Source: a virus
Lineage: Duplodnaviria; Caudoviricetes
Virus record (IMG/VR): IMGVR_UViG_2932385599_000003
Span: 19,378-83,377 of that record
Length of the DNA: 64,000 nt
Direction: 5' to 3' (one strand)
Position numbers and translations under genes: made by a program. Position 1 is the stretch's first letter, and each line of letters begins with the position of its first letter. The notes under the pieces are model-generated. The model had not been told where the DNA came from. It did no database searches and saw only the letters and a list, made by a program, of their open reading frames with translations. Shown piece by piece: positions 56,213 through 64,000 of this stretch.

Positions 56213-56727
56213 CCACCACCACCGACACCCGACAACTCCGCCTCACCATCACCGTCCACGGCCGCCCCGCCCCCCAAGGCAGCAAGAAGTACGCCGGCCA
56301 CCGCCGCAACGCCGCCTCCGGACGCATCTCCGCCGTCCTCGTCGAGCAGTCCAAGCGCGTCAAGCCCTGGCGGGCCCTCGTCACCGCCGCCACCACCCAC
56401 GCCCTCACCGCCGAGCACAGCGGCCACGTCCCCGCCCACGCCCCCCCGCTCGACGGCCCCCTCGAAGCCGAGATCGTCTTCACCGTCCGCAAGCCCGCCA
56501 GCGCCCCCAAGCGACGCCGCACCTGGCCCACCACTCGCGACAGCGGCGACATCGACAAGCTCCTGCGCTCCACCTTCGACGGCATCGCCGACGCCGCCGC
56601 AGTCGTCGACGACTCCCGCATCATCCGCGTCACCGCCACCAAGACCTTCCCCGGCGAGCACCCCGAAGCCCTCGACCAGCCCGGCGCCGTCATCCGCCTC
56701 TACACCCTCACCGAGACCCCCACATGA
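56209..56727 (+). CDS. rusA: RusA-family Holliday junction resolvase
   Basis: GRPAPQGSK...DIDKLLRSTFDGI...VDDSRI. Confidence 0.85.
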   Translation: MTTTTDTRQLRLTITVHGRPAPQGSKKYAGHRRNAASGRISAVLVEQSKRVKPWRALVTAATTHALTAEHSGHVPAHAPPLDGPLEAEIVFTVRKPASAPKRRRTWPTTRDSGDIDKLLRSTFDGIADAAAVVDDSRIIRVTATKTFPGEHPEALDQPGAVIRLYTLTETPT

Positions 56728-56957
56728 CCGACTGGCTCGCCGGCGCCGCCCTCCTCCTCTACCTGGTCGGCGTCGGCACCCTCACCCACGCCGCACCCCA
56801 CGCCTGGCGCCACCTCACCACACAGGACCCACGGCTCACCCTCGCCCACGAGACGCAGCCCACCCTCCTGCCCCTCCTCCTGGCCATCGCCATCGTCGGC
56901 TGGCCCGGAACCCTCATCGCCCTCGCCCTCACCCGAACCCGCCGGAGCACCCGATGA
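56724..56957 (+). CDS. Small two-TM membrane protein
   Basis: Two hydrophobic helices. Confidence 0.6.
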   Translation: MTDWLAGAALLLYLVGVGTLTHAAPHAWRHLTTQDPRLTLAHETQPTLLPLLLAIAIVGWPGTLIALALTRTRRSTR

Positions 56958-57451
56958 CCACCAAAACCCGCCGCCCCATAACACCCGCCGCCACGGCCAC
57001 CTCCTGGCAGTCCTCCGCCGCCTGCCGCACCGCGGACCCCGAGCTGTTCTTCCCCGTCGGGAAGGGCCCGGAAGCCGAGCACAGGACCGCCCAGGCCAAG
57101 CAGGTGTGCGCCACCTGCCCCGTGCAGGACGACTGCCGCACCTGGGCCCTGGAAACCGGGCAGACGGCCGGGATCTGGGGCGGGACGACGGAGGCCGACC
57201 GGTGGGACGCCGGCATGCTCCAGACCCTCCGTGCGGAGCGCCGGAGTGTGGAGCGGGCCCGGCCCGCGTTCGACCGGTGCCTGGCCGCGCAGGACTTCAT
57301 CGAGGAGCGGTACGCGGCGGGTGTCTCCCTGCGGCGGATCGGCCGGGAGCTGGGGGTGGGGTACGACGCGGTGCGCCGGGCCCTGAGGTTCTTCGAGGAG
57401 CAGGCCGCGGCCGAGCAGGCTGCGGCGGCCGGGATGGAGACGGCGGCGTGA
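56954..57451 (+). CDS. WhiB-family regulator with C-terminal HTH
   Basis: AACRTADPELFFP...CATCPVQDDC...GIWGG. Confidence 0.9.
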   Translation: MTTKTRRPITPAATATSWQSSAACRTADPELFFPVGKGPEAEHRTAQAKQVCATCPVQDDCRTWALETGQTAGIWGGTTEADRWDAGMLQTLRAERRSVERARPAFDRCLAAQDFIEERYAAGVSLRRIGRELGVGYDAVRRALRFFEEQAAAEQAAAAGMETAA

Positions 57452-58005
57452 GCGGGATGAGCGCGCGCGAGCGCGGGGACCTGGCGGAGAAGCTGCTGCC
57501 GGTGGCGGCGCTGCTGGCGACGTACGTGCGCGGAGAGGGCGGCCCGGAGGATGTGCAGCGCGTCCTGGACGATCTGGACGACACCGCCCGTGCGGCGCTC
57601 ATCGTCGTGCTGGCCGGTCTGGTGGACCCGGACCAGACGGTGGGCGCGGCGCTCGGCTGGCTCAACTTCGACGAGGAGGGTCGGCTCCGGGTGCCGGACT
57701 GGGGGAACCGTACGAGGCTGCGCGAGTTGGCTGACGACGTTGTGCCGATCGCGAGTGTGCGCGTGGACGAGGTCGTGGTGGAGCGTCGTCTGGCCGGTGA
57801 CAAGTGCTTGCCGATGACGCGGGCGGAGCGGCGGTTGGCTGTTGAGCGGGGTGTCCGTCGGGGGATGGGCTACGACGATCTCGCCGAGCTGCTGGGGATG
57901 ACGCGGACGGCCGTGAAGCGGTCCTGGGAGCGTACGAAGGAGCGGCGCGGCGAGACGGGGCGGCGCGGGGCGACGGGGCCGGTGAGGCAGCTCCACGCGA
58001 GCTGA
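57448..58005 (+). CDS. Sigma-region-4-like HTH protein
   Basis: GMGYDDLAELLGMTRTAVKR; start 57448 or 57457. Confidence 0.65.
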   Translation: MSGMSARERGDLAEKLLPVAALLATYVRGEGGPEDVQRVLDDLDDTARAALIVVLAGLVDPDQTVGAALGWLNFDEEGRLRVPDWGNRTRLRELADDVVPIASVRVDEVVVERRLAGDKCLPMTRAERRLAVERGVRRGMGYDDLAELLGMTRTAVKRSWERTKERRGETGRRGATGPVRQLHAS

Positions 58006-58059
58006 CCGGCCGGCGCAGGTACGAGACAAGCAGACGCATTCGAGTTGAAGGAGACAGGC

Positions 58060-58563
58060 ATGGCTGGAGAGACCGTGATCACCGTGGTGGGGAACCTGGT
58101 GGATGACCCGGAGCTGCGGTTCACGCCGTCCGGGGCGCCGGTGGCGAGGTTCCGGATCGCGTCGACCCCCAGGTCGTACGACAAGCAGGCGCAGCAGTGG
58201 GTGGACGGGGAGGCGCTGTTCTTGTCGTGCTCGGTGTGGCGGCAGATGGCGGAGCATGTCGCGGAGTCGCTGCAGAGGGGGACGCGGGTGGTGGTGCAGG
58301 GCCGGCTGGGGCAGCGGTCGTATGAGGACCGGGAGGGTGTGCGGCGGACGGTGTTCGAGTTGGAGGTGGATGAGGTGGGTCCGTCGCTGCGGTACGCGAC
58401 GGCGGTGGTGACGAAGGCTGTGTCGTCGGGCGCGGGGCGGGGTGCGGTGGAGGCGGCGCGGCGGGAGCAGGGGGCGGTGTCGGCGCTGGATCCGTGGGTG
58501 TCGTCGACGCCGGGTGGGTCGGCTGGTGGTGGGTGGGGTGGGGGTGGTGAGCCGCCGTTCTGA
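58060..58563 (+). CDS. ssb: Single-stranded DNA-binding protein
   Basis: [25 protein letters not shown]...EPPF. Confidence 0.95.
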   Translation: MAGETVITVVGNLVDDPELRFTPSGAPVARFRIASTPRSYDKQAQQWVDGEALFLSCSVWRQMAEHVAESLQRGTRVVVQGRLGQRSYEDREGVRRTVFELEVDEVGPSLRYATAVVTKAVSSGAGRGAVEAARREQGAVSALDPWVSSTPGGSAGGGWGGGGEPPF

Positions 58564-58579
58564 TGGTGGTGTGTGGGGG

Positions 58580-58609
58580 GCGGGGCCTGGCCGGGTGGTC
58601 GGGCCCCGC
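58580..58609 (+). terminator. Hairpin after ssb
   Basis: GCGGGGCC...GGCCCCGC. Confidence 0.6.
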
Positions 58610-58634
58610 TTCGTGTGGGGGGACACCCCGTAAG

Positions 58635-58668
58635 CCTCTTGCGTATGCAAGAGGATATGGGTTAGGGT
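58635..58668 (+). promoter_or_regulatory. Promoter with operator CCTCTTGC-N4-GCAAGAGG, copy 3
   Basis: TTGCGT-18-TAGGGT. Confidence 0.8.
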
Positions 58669-58711
58669 GGCAGTACCAGAACGGCACAACCCCGGCGAAG
58701 AGGAACCCACC

Positions 58712-58894
58712 ATGACGATCACCAACGAACAGGTCCTCGCCATCCTCGAAACCATCGCCACCGACGACGACCTGTACGACCGGTTCCTCACCGCCGCCGA
58801 GCGCCTCACCGCCGCCCCCCGCGGCCACGACGGCCACGCCCCCGACGCCCTGACCGTCGAGGAGCTCGCCGCCGACATCGCCGCCCGCCTCTGA
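58712..58894 (+). CDS. Small acidic hypothetical protein
   Basis: GAGGA RBS; first gene after the promoter. Confidence 0.6.
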   Translation: MTITNEQVLAILETIATDDDLYDRFLTAAERLTAAPRGHDGHAPDALTVEELAADIAARL

Positions 58895-58925
58895 CCAGCC
58901 ACCCACACCCCACGGAGGCACAGCC

Positions 58926-59186
58926 ATGTCCGACACGCTGCTGCGTTCCCTCGACCTCATCGAGCCCGGCGACCTGGCCCACTACCACGGCAGCATCACC
59001 GACCGGCACGGCCTGTACCTCGCCGTCCCGTGTACCTGCCGCCGGTGTCTCGCCGCTGACCACGCTGGGGTGGGGAGTCCCCGCTACGTCCTCCTGGACC
59101 CGTACGGCGAGGAGGACGCCGAGCTCAAGGTCGTTGCGTTCCCCGTACGCCGGCGGTCCATCAAGCGTTCCAACGCGAGCGCGTAA
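58926..59186 (+). CDS. Hypothetical protein
   Basis: GGAGG RBS; CTCRRC. Confidence 0.65.
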   Translation: MSDTLLRSLDLIEPGDLAHYHGSITDRHGLYLAVPCTCRRCLAADHAGVGSPRYVLLDPYGEEDAELKVVAFPVRRRSIKRSNASA

Positions 59187-59376
59187 GACCTCGCGGACGC
59201 GGTTACCGCCGGGCCGGGGTCGTCTTCACCGCCCATCGGCCCGGCCCCCCTTCTCTCACACGACCGCCCAGTCCCGCGCTCCCGCCGCTTGACCGCTCAC
59301 CCGATTCCGCAGCACCCCACCGCAACCGGGCCAGCCCTCCGTGGGCGGGCCCTCCCACACCACCCGGAGCCTCCCC

Positions 59377-60096
59377 ATGACCCTCGACAATCTGATCGAC
59401 GCCCTCACGGCCGTTGACTCCACGCTGATCGTCCCCGACGGGTTCACCAACCCGCACTCCTACCGGGGCTACTACGACGAGGTCGCCTTCGAGCCCGCCC
59501 ACGACGTCACCGCGGGCGCCATGCTCGCCGACGCCCTGGCCGCCCGCGGCGCCACCTACACCGGCTGGAAGGGCGGCGAGTACACCATGACCGGTGACAC
59601 CCCCTGCTGGCTCGCCCACGAGGGAAGCGCTGGCGGCGAGGCGCTCGACGAGGACCGGGTGCGCCGGATGCTGGCGTCGGCCCGCCCGGCCGATGCCGCC
59701 GGGGGGGCAGAGGTGACCATCCTCGACTTCGCCGAGCCGTCTGGCTGCACTCACTGCGGCGTACCGAAGCACCACCACGGCCTCCGGGGGCACCACACGG
59801 CTGGCCTGCACGCGTGGGGCAAGCCTGCGCAGCAGCAGATCAAGGACCGCATGCGTGCCCGCCGAGCCGCCCGCCAGGCCGCCGCGCCCACGCAGTACCA
59901 CGCCCGCACCGCGTGGATGGCGGACAACACCGGCGAGGACGGCATCCCGTACTGCGCCGACTGCGGTACGGAGGGCTGCCGCCAGTGGATGCGGACCGAC
60001 ACGCGGCTGACGAAGCGGCGTATGGAGCTCGCCGGCATCAACCCCAAGCGCCGCAGCGGCGCGGGCTGGGGCGGCGTCGAGTCGCGGCCGTTCTGA
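59377..60096 (+). CDS. Multi-module hypothetical protein with Cys motifs
   Basis: PHSYRGYY...GWKGGEY module, then CTHCG and CADCG. Confidence 0.65.
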   Translation: MTLDNLIDALTAVDSTLIVPDGFTNPHSYRGYYDEVAFEPAHDVTAGAMLADALAARGATYTGWKGGEYTMTGDTPCWLAHEGSAGGEALDEDRVRRMLASARPADAAGGAEVTILDFAEPSGCTHCGVPKHHHGLRGHHTAGLHAWGKPAQQQIKDRMRARRAARQAAAPTQYHARTAWMADNTGEDGIPYCADCGTEGCRQWMRTDTRLTKRRMELAGINPKRRSGAGWGGVESRPF

Positions 60097-60141
60097 CACT
60101 GCGCGCGAAGGGCCGCCCGCGGACTGGGCGGACGGACCGGT

Positions 60142-60172
60142 ACCCATCCCACCACACCACCCCGAGGAGACA
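60142..60172 (+). repeat. 31-bp leader repeat, identical to 63438-63468
   Basis: ACCCATCCCACCACACCACCCCGAGGAGACA. Confidence 0.85.
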
Positions 60173-60176
60173 TCCG

Positions 60177-60533
60177 ATGGCACGCCTACCGACCATCGTC
60201 ACCCCAGCCCAGATGGAAGCCCTCCGTCTCGCCGCGAACGGCCTGACCGCCCGCCAGATCGCCACCCGCCTCAACATCAGCGAAGGCGCCGCACACCTGC
60301 GACTCAACGGCGCCGCCCACGCCCTCGGCGCCCACTCCCGCACCCACGCCGTCGCCCTCGCCATCCGCACCGGACTGATGGACCTCACCGAAGTACGACT
60401 CACGGACGGTGCCCAGAAGCACGCCACAGAGCCGCTGCACGGCCGTCTGGGCACCGCCCCGGGGTGCAGCGAGGGAAAGCCCGTCGGGCGCGCGACCACC
60501 CCGCAGACGGGCGCGCGGCGCCCCGCCGCCTGA
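60177..60533 (+). CDS. LuxR-type HTH regulator
   Basis: TPAQMEALRLAANGLTARQIATRLNISE...LGAHSRTHAV. Confidence 0.85.
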   Translation: MARLPTIVTPAQMEALRLAANGLTARQIATRLNISEGAAHLRLNGAAHALGAHSRTHAVALAIRTGLMDLTEVRLTDGAQKHATEPLHGRLGTAPGCSEGKPVGRATTPQTGARRPAA

Positions 60534-60572
60534 CACCCCTGCCCGGCAGCCACACCCCACCACCACCTGACC
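60527..60572 (+). repeat. About 46-bp intergenic repeat, near-identical to 62208-62254
   Basis: CGCCTGAC.CCC.GCCC.GGCAGCCACACCCC.ACCACCACCTGACC. Confidence 0.8.
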
Positions 60573-60590
60573 ACCCGACAGGAGCCCACC

Positions 60591-61106
60591 GTGGACACCA
60601 CCCCGCAGTCCCTCCTCACCGACCTGGCCCGCCTGCACCTCCGCGCGACCGCCTCCCCGCTGCCGGCCGACCCGGCCGCCATGGGCTGGCAGATGCAGAC
60701 CGCCGCGGTCACCGGCCTCGCCGCCCGCCTGCTGCACGCCCTGGCCGCCGTCGACCCGCAGCAGGCCGCGGCCCTGGCCGACTGGTACGCGGGCCCGTTC
60801 GGCGAGGGCCCCCACCCGGCCAGCCACCTCCCGTGGCTGCACCGGCACGTCGCCCGCCCGGCCGGCGCCTCCATCGACCAGTGGCTCGACGACGCGCAGC
60901 AGCGCGCCGCCCAGGCCGCCGCCCGCCCCGCCCGCACCCTCACTCCCAACGAGCACGACTCCGCCTGGCACGCCATCGAGGGCACGGTCGGCGACCCCGA
61001 CGCCGACCCCGGCACCGTCCTCAACGCCGTCCTGGCCGCACTCCGTATCCAGGCCCCGACGGCCGCCGACGAGCAGGCCGCCAGCCCCCGCCGCCGCGCC
61101 GCCTGA
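60591..61106 (+). CDS. Hypothetical protein
   Basis: AGGAG RBS. Confidence 0.65.
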   Translation: MDTTPQSLLTDLARLHLRATASPLPADPAAMGWQMQTAAVTGLAARLLHALAAVDPQQAAALADWYAGPFGEGPHPASHLPWLHRHVARPAGASIDQWLDDAQQRAAQAAARPARTLTPNEHDSAWHAIEGTVGDPDADPGTVLNAVLAALRIQAPTAADEQAASPRRRAA

Positions 61107-61125
61107 CCCGGAAGGAGACCCGCAC

Positions 61126-61866
61126 GTGCGCATCCCCATCCACGTCGTCCGCCAGTGGCACCCCGACCAGACCCACAAGACCGGTCACCTCCCCGGCGAC
61201 GGGATCACGCCGCACCTCCGCGAGAGCGACTACTCCACCCGCATCCGCCCCGGCAGCCTCATCGCCTGGTCGGACCGCAGGGCCTACGAAGTCGTCGAGG
61301 TCCGCGAGCGCCCCGTCGACCTGTGGCCCGAGCACTTCCGCAACGAGTGGGACCGCTACACCGCCTGGTGGGTCGAGCAGGTCGTCGCCGGACGCGACAT
61401 GGGCGACCAGCCCGAGAAGCACACCTGGAAGCACCGGCCCCTCGTCCTCGTCATCCGCCCCGCCGACCAGCCCACCGCCAAGGCCGTGCACTACGCGGTG
61501 CGCGCCTCCCGCACCTTCTACGTCCTGCCCGAGCACTACAGCGTGTGCCGCCTGTGCGGGGAGATCCCGCCGTGCACGCACGCCACCACCGAAGCCGCCA
61601 TCCACCACGAGATGGCCAACACCGAGCGGCTGATGTCGATCCCGCCCGGCCACTGCCTCGACTGCGGAGAGCCGATCACCTTCCGCATGCAGGCCACCCG
61701 CTTCCCCGGCCCGAACCTGTGGCGCCCCGACCTCGGCGACGACACGGCCGTCTTCCACGCCCGCCAGCGGTGCTCCGACGGCGTGCGGGCCTACCGCCGG
61801 CAGTGGGAGGCCAAGGGCTACGCGAACGGCCAGCAGCAGCTCCCGCTCACCGACCCCACCACCTGA
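61126..61866 (+). CDS. Zn-finger-containing hypothetical protein
   Basis: CRLCGEIPPC, CLDCGEPI. Confidence 0.7.
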   Translation: MRIPIHVVRQWHPDQTHKTGHLPGDGITPHLRESDYSTRIRPGSLIAWSDRRAYEVVEVRERPVDLWPEHFRNEWDRYTAWWVEQVVAGRDMGDQPEKHTWKHRPLVLVIRPADQPTAKAVHYAVRASRTFYVLPEHYSVCRLCGEIPPCTHATTEAAIHHEMANTERLMSIPPGHCLDCGEPITFRMQATRFPGPNLWRPDLGDDTAVFHARQRCSDGVRAYRRQWEAKGYANGQQQLPLTDPTT

Positions 61867-61890
61867 CCCGCACACGAAGGAGCCCCGCCC

Positions 61891-62214
61891 ATGCCCGCCC
61901 AGCCCCTCGCCGACGAGATGCCCACCACCTGGATCACTGCCGTCGCCGACGCCATCGCCCACCACGGCCACCCCATCCACACGACCCGCCCCACCGGCAT
62001 CACCATCCACCTCACCCCCCAGCAGCGCCGCACCCTCCACGCCGACACCCAGCCCTACCTCCTCATCAGCTGGCACCCCGCCGGCATCGACTGGGGCCTC
62101 ACCGCCGACGGCACCCACACCACCCACCCGCAGCCCCTCACCGACACCACCCACCCGGCGGAGGTCGCCCACACGGTCGACCGACTGCTGACCACCGGAC
62201 AACCCACCGCCTGA
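61891..62214 (+). CDS. Hypothetical protein
   Basis: AAGGAG RBS. Confidence 0.6.
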   Translation: MPAQPLADEMPTTWITAVADAIAHHGHPIHTTRPTGITIHLTPQQRRTLHADTQPYLLISWHPAGIDWGLTADGTHTTHPQPLTDTTHPAEVAHTVDRLLTTGQPTA

Positions 62215-62275
62215 CGCCCTGCCCCGGCAGCCACACCCCCACCACCACCTGACCCACCCACCAAAGGAGAACCCG

Positions 62276-62659
62276 ATGACCGACACCACCGACCACATCC
62301 AGCACACCTGGAACCTCCACCACCCCGGCCACGGCGACCGCGTCACCATCGACCTCTGGACCGACGGCTACTCCGTCCGCGTCGACGGCGGCAATAGCGA
62401 GTCCACCGAAGGCGGCCGCCAGGACGTCGAGAAGCTCCTCGAGCGCTACGCCCTGCGCGGCTACTGGGTGGAGAGCGACTACCCCGTCAACGACCCCGCC
62501 GCCCACGACGACGACACCGACCCGGACGAGCCCGCCGACAAGCCCGACGCCTGCCCCGAATGCGGCGCCCCCGTCGAACACGCCTCCAACCACGTCGCCG
62601 ACCACCGCCAGGGCGACGCGTGGTTGTGCACCGGCTGCCGCTGGGGCGAGTGGATCTGA
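62276..62659 (+). CDS. Zn-ribbon hypothetical protein
   Basis: CPECG...CTGC. Confidence 0.65.
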   Translation: MTDTTDHIQHTWNLHHPGHGDRVTIDLWTDGYSVRVDGGNSESTEGGRQDVEKLLERYALRGYWVESDYPVNDPAAHDDDTDPDEPADKPDACPECGAPVEHASNHVADHRQGDAWLCTGCRWGEWI

Positions 62660-62741
62660 CCCGCCTGACCGCTCATCCGGTTCCGGCCGGCCACGCGCGA
62701 AGGGCCGCCCACATCACCCCGCACGAAGGAGAACCGCCACC

Positions 62742-63395
62742 GTGACCACCCTCCCGCCCCGCGCCCCCAACGGGCTGCACGTCCTCGACCTGTGCAGCGG
62801 CGCCGGCGGCCTGTCCATGGGCTACTACCTCGCCGGATACGACGTGACCGGCGTCGACCTGCACCCCATGCCGAACTACCCGTTCACGTTCCACCAGGCC
62901 GATGCCCTGGAGTACCTGGAGCGCATCACCGCCAGCGGGGAGATCGAGCGGTACGACCTGGTCCACGCGTCCTGGCCCTGCCAGCACTTCGCCAACGTCA
63001 CCAACTGGCGCGGCAACTCCGCCGACCACCCCGACCTGCTCACCCCCGGGCGCGAGCTGATGCAGGCCGCCGGCCGGCCGTGGGTCATCGAGAACGTCCC
63101 CGAGGCGCCCCTGCGCCCCGACTACCTCCTGTGCGGCTCCCAGTTCGGCCTCAATGTGCGCCGCCACCGCGCCTTCGAAACGTCCTGGGGTGGCGGCGGT
63201 GACCTGCTCCCGCCGTGCTGGCACCACAAGGGTCTGCTGCCGTTCATGCACAAGGCGGAGCGGGCCTACGCCGACGCGATGGGCTGCACGTGGATGAACA
63301 AGACCGAGGCCCGCCAGGCGGTGCCGCCCGCGTACAGCGAGTGGATCGGCCAGCAGTACCTCACCCACCACCAGGCCGCAGCCCCCGCGGCGTGA
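62742..63395 (+). CDS. Small DNA cytosine-5 methyltransferase-like protein
   Basis: LDLCSGAGG (motif I), SWPCQ (IV), IENV (VI), RRHR (VIII). Confidence 0.8.
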   Translation: MTTLPPRAPNGLHVLDLCSGAGGLSMGYYLAGYDVTGVDLHPMPNYPFTFHQADALEYLERITASGEIERYDLVHASWPCQHFANVTNWRGNSADHPDLLTPGRELMQAAGRPWVIENVPEAPLRPDYLLCGSQFGLNVRRHRAFETSWGGGGDLLPPCWHHKGLLPFMHKAERAYADAMGCTWMNKTEARQAVPPAYSEWIGQQYLTHHQAAAPAA

Positions 63396-63472
63396 CGCAC
63401 GAAGGGCCGCCCCCGTCCGTAGCAGGGGCGGCCCGGCACCCATCCCACCACACCACCCCGAGGAGACACCCC

Positions 63473-63679
63473 GTGACCGAGCAGCTCGACCTCCACCGCC
63501 GGGCCCTCGCCCGCGCGCACGCCCTCACCGAGCAGTGGCAGGGCGACCAGACGCCCATCACCCGCGCCCAGGCCGCCGAGCAGCTGGCGGACGCGATTCA
63601 GCTCCACGGGTGGACGCAGACCGCCGCCCCGGTCGAGCGGCACCTGAGCCCCGTCCGGCCCGTCGAGGAGACCCGCTGA
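63473..63679 (+). CDS. Small hypothetical protein
   Basis: GAGGAG RBS within the repeat. Confidence 0.6.
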   Translation: MTEQLDLHRRALARAHALTEQWQGDQTPITRAQAAEQLADAIQLHGWTQTAAPVERHLSPVRPVEETR

Positions 63680-63903
63680 TGGCCGCCGAGGAGACCCGCC
63701 CCGCGTACTCCCGCTGGCGCGTCGAGACCCGCGACCCCGACGCCGACGAGTGGGCGCCCGGCATGCCCTTCTACAGCGCCGACGAGGCCCACGCCCGCCG
63801 CACGTCCCTGGACACCCACCACCCGCGGTGGCGCGACGGGCGGCCGGTGGAGCGCCGCGTCGTCCGCGAGACCACCACCTGGACCGTCGAGCCCCACCGG
63901 TGA
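63679..63903 (+). CDS. Small hypothetical protein
   Basis: GAGGAG RBS, TGATG coupling. Confidence 0.6.
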   Translation: MAAEETRPAYSRWRVETRDPDADEWAPGMPFYSADEAHARRTSLDTHHPRWRDGRPVERRVVRETTTWTVEPHR

Positions 63904-64000
63904 GCACCGTCCTGTACGTCGCTGGCGGCTGGCTGGCCCTCTCGGCCGCCACCGCCGGCGCCTACACCACCCTCCGCCACCTCTACACCCGGAGACACCG

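Larger units (their letters stand above)
1..64000. mobile_element. Conjugative phage-plasmid (Streptomyces plasmid-prophage type); ends not in window
   Basis: TraB/Spd, full siphovirus head, tail and lysis genes, Rep, ParABS and a resolvase occur together; no host housekeeping genes. Confidence 0.85.

Noticed and set aside
1-64000. tRNA, rRNA, IS elements, reverse transcriptase/DGR
   Set aside because: No recognisable cloverleaf, rRNA, transposase or RT motifs by eye; tRNAscan and HMM searches were not run.

Overview
High-GC, Streptomyces-type element that looks like part of a conjugative phage-plasmid (plasmid prophage). Layout: small accessory genes and a spread/transfer module with a TraB-like FtsK/SpoIIIE translocase (1-7.1 kb); a complete siphovirus morphogenesis operon from terminase to tail, including a -1 frameshifted tail chaperone (8.3-29.8 kb); a lysis region with a papain-like peptidase, amidase endolysin, holin-like and collagen/SGNH proteins (30-35.6 kb); a Cre-like tyrosine recombinase with a 12-8-12 lox-like site, a truncated integrase-like protein, and WYL and RHH regulators (35.6-42 kb); Sak4-like ATPase, WhiB, Rep, DciA-like and ParAB with parS palindromes (42-52 kb); and an early-gene array with RusA, WhiB, SSB, LuxR and a small C5-methyltransferase (52-64 kb). 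The most unusual signals lie outside the ORF track: five hairpins at a 38-39 nt period with UUGGCG-type loops in the rep leader; a hidden 39-aa peptide with a sequestered ribosome-binding site (type I toxin-antitoxin-like) between terL and portal; a 45-bp inverted pair 10.5 kb apart; dense GGCGCCAC clusters inside transfer genes; a palindromic operator/promoter family where strand composition flips; and C-terminal Ala-Ala on 13 proteins. All product calls come from motif recognition by eye; no database searches were run.
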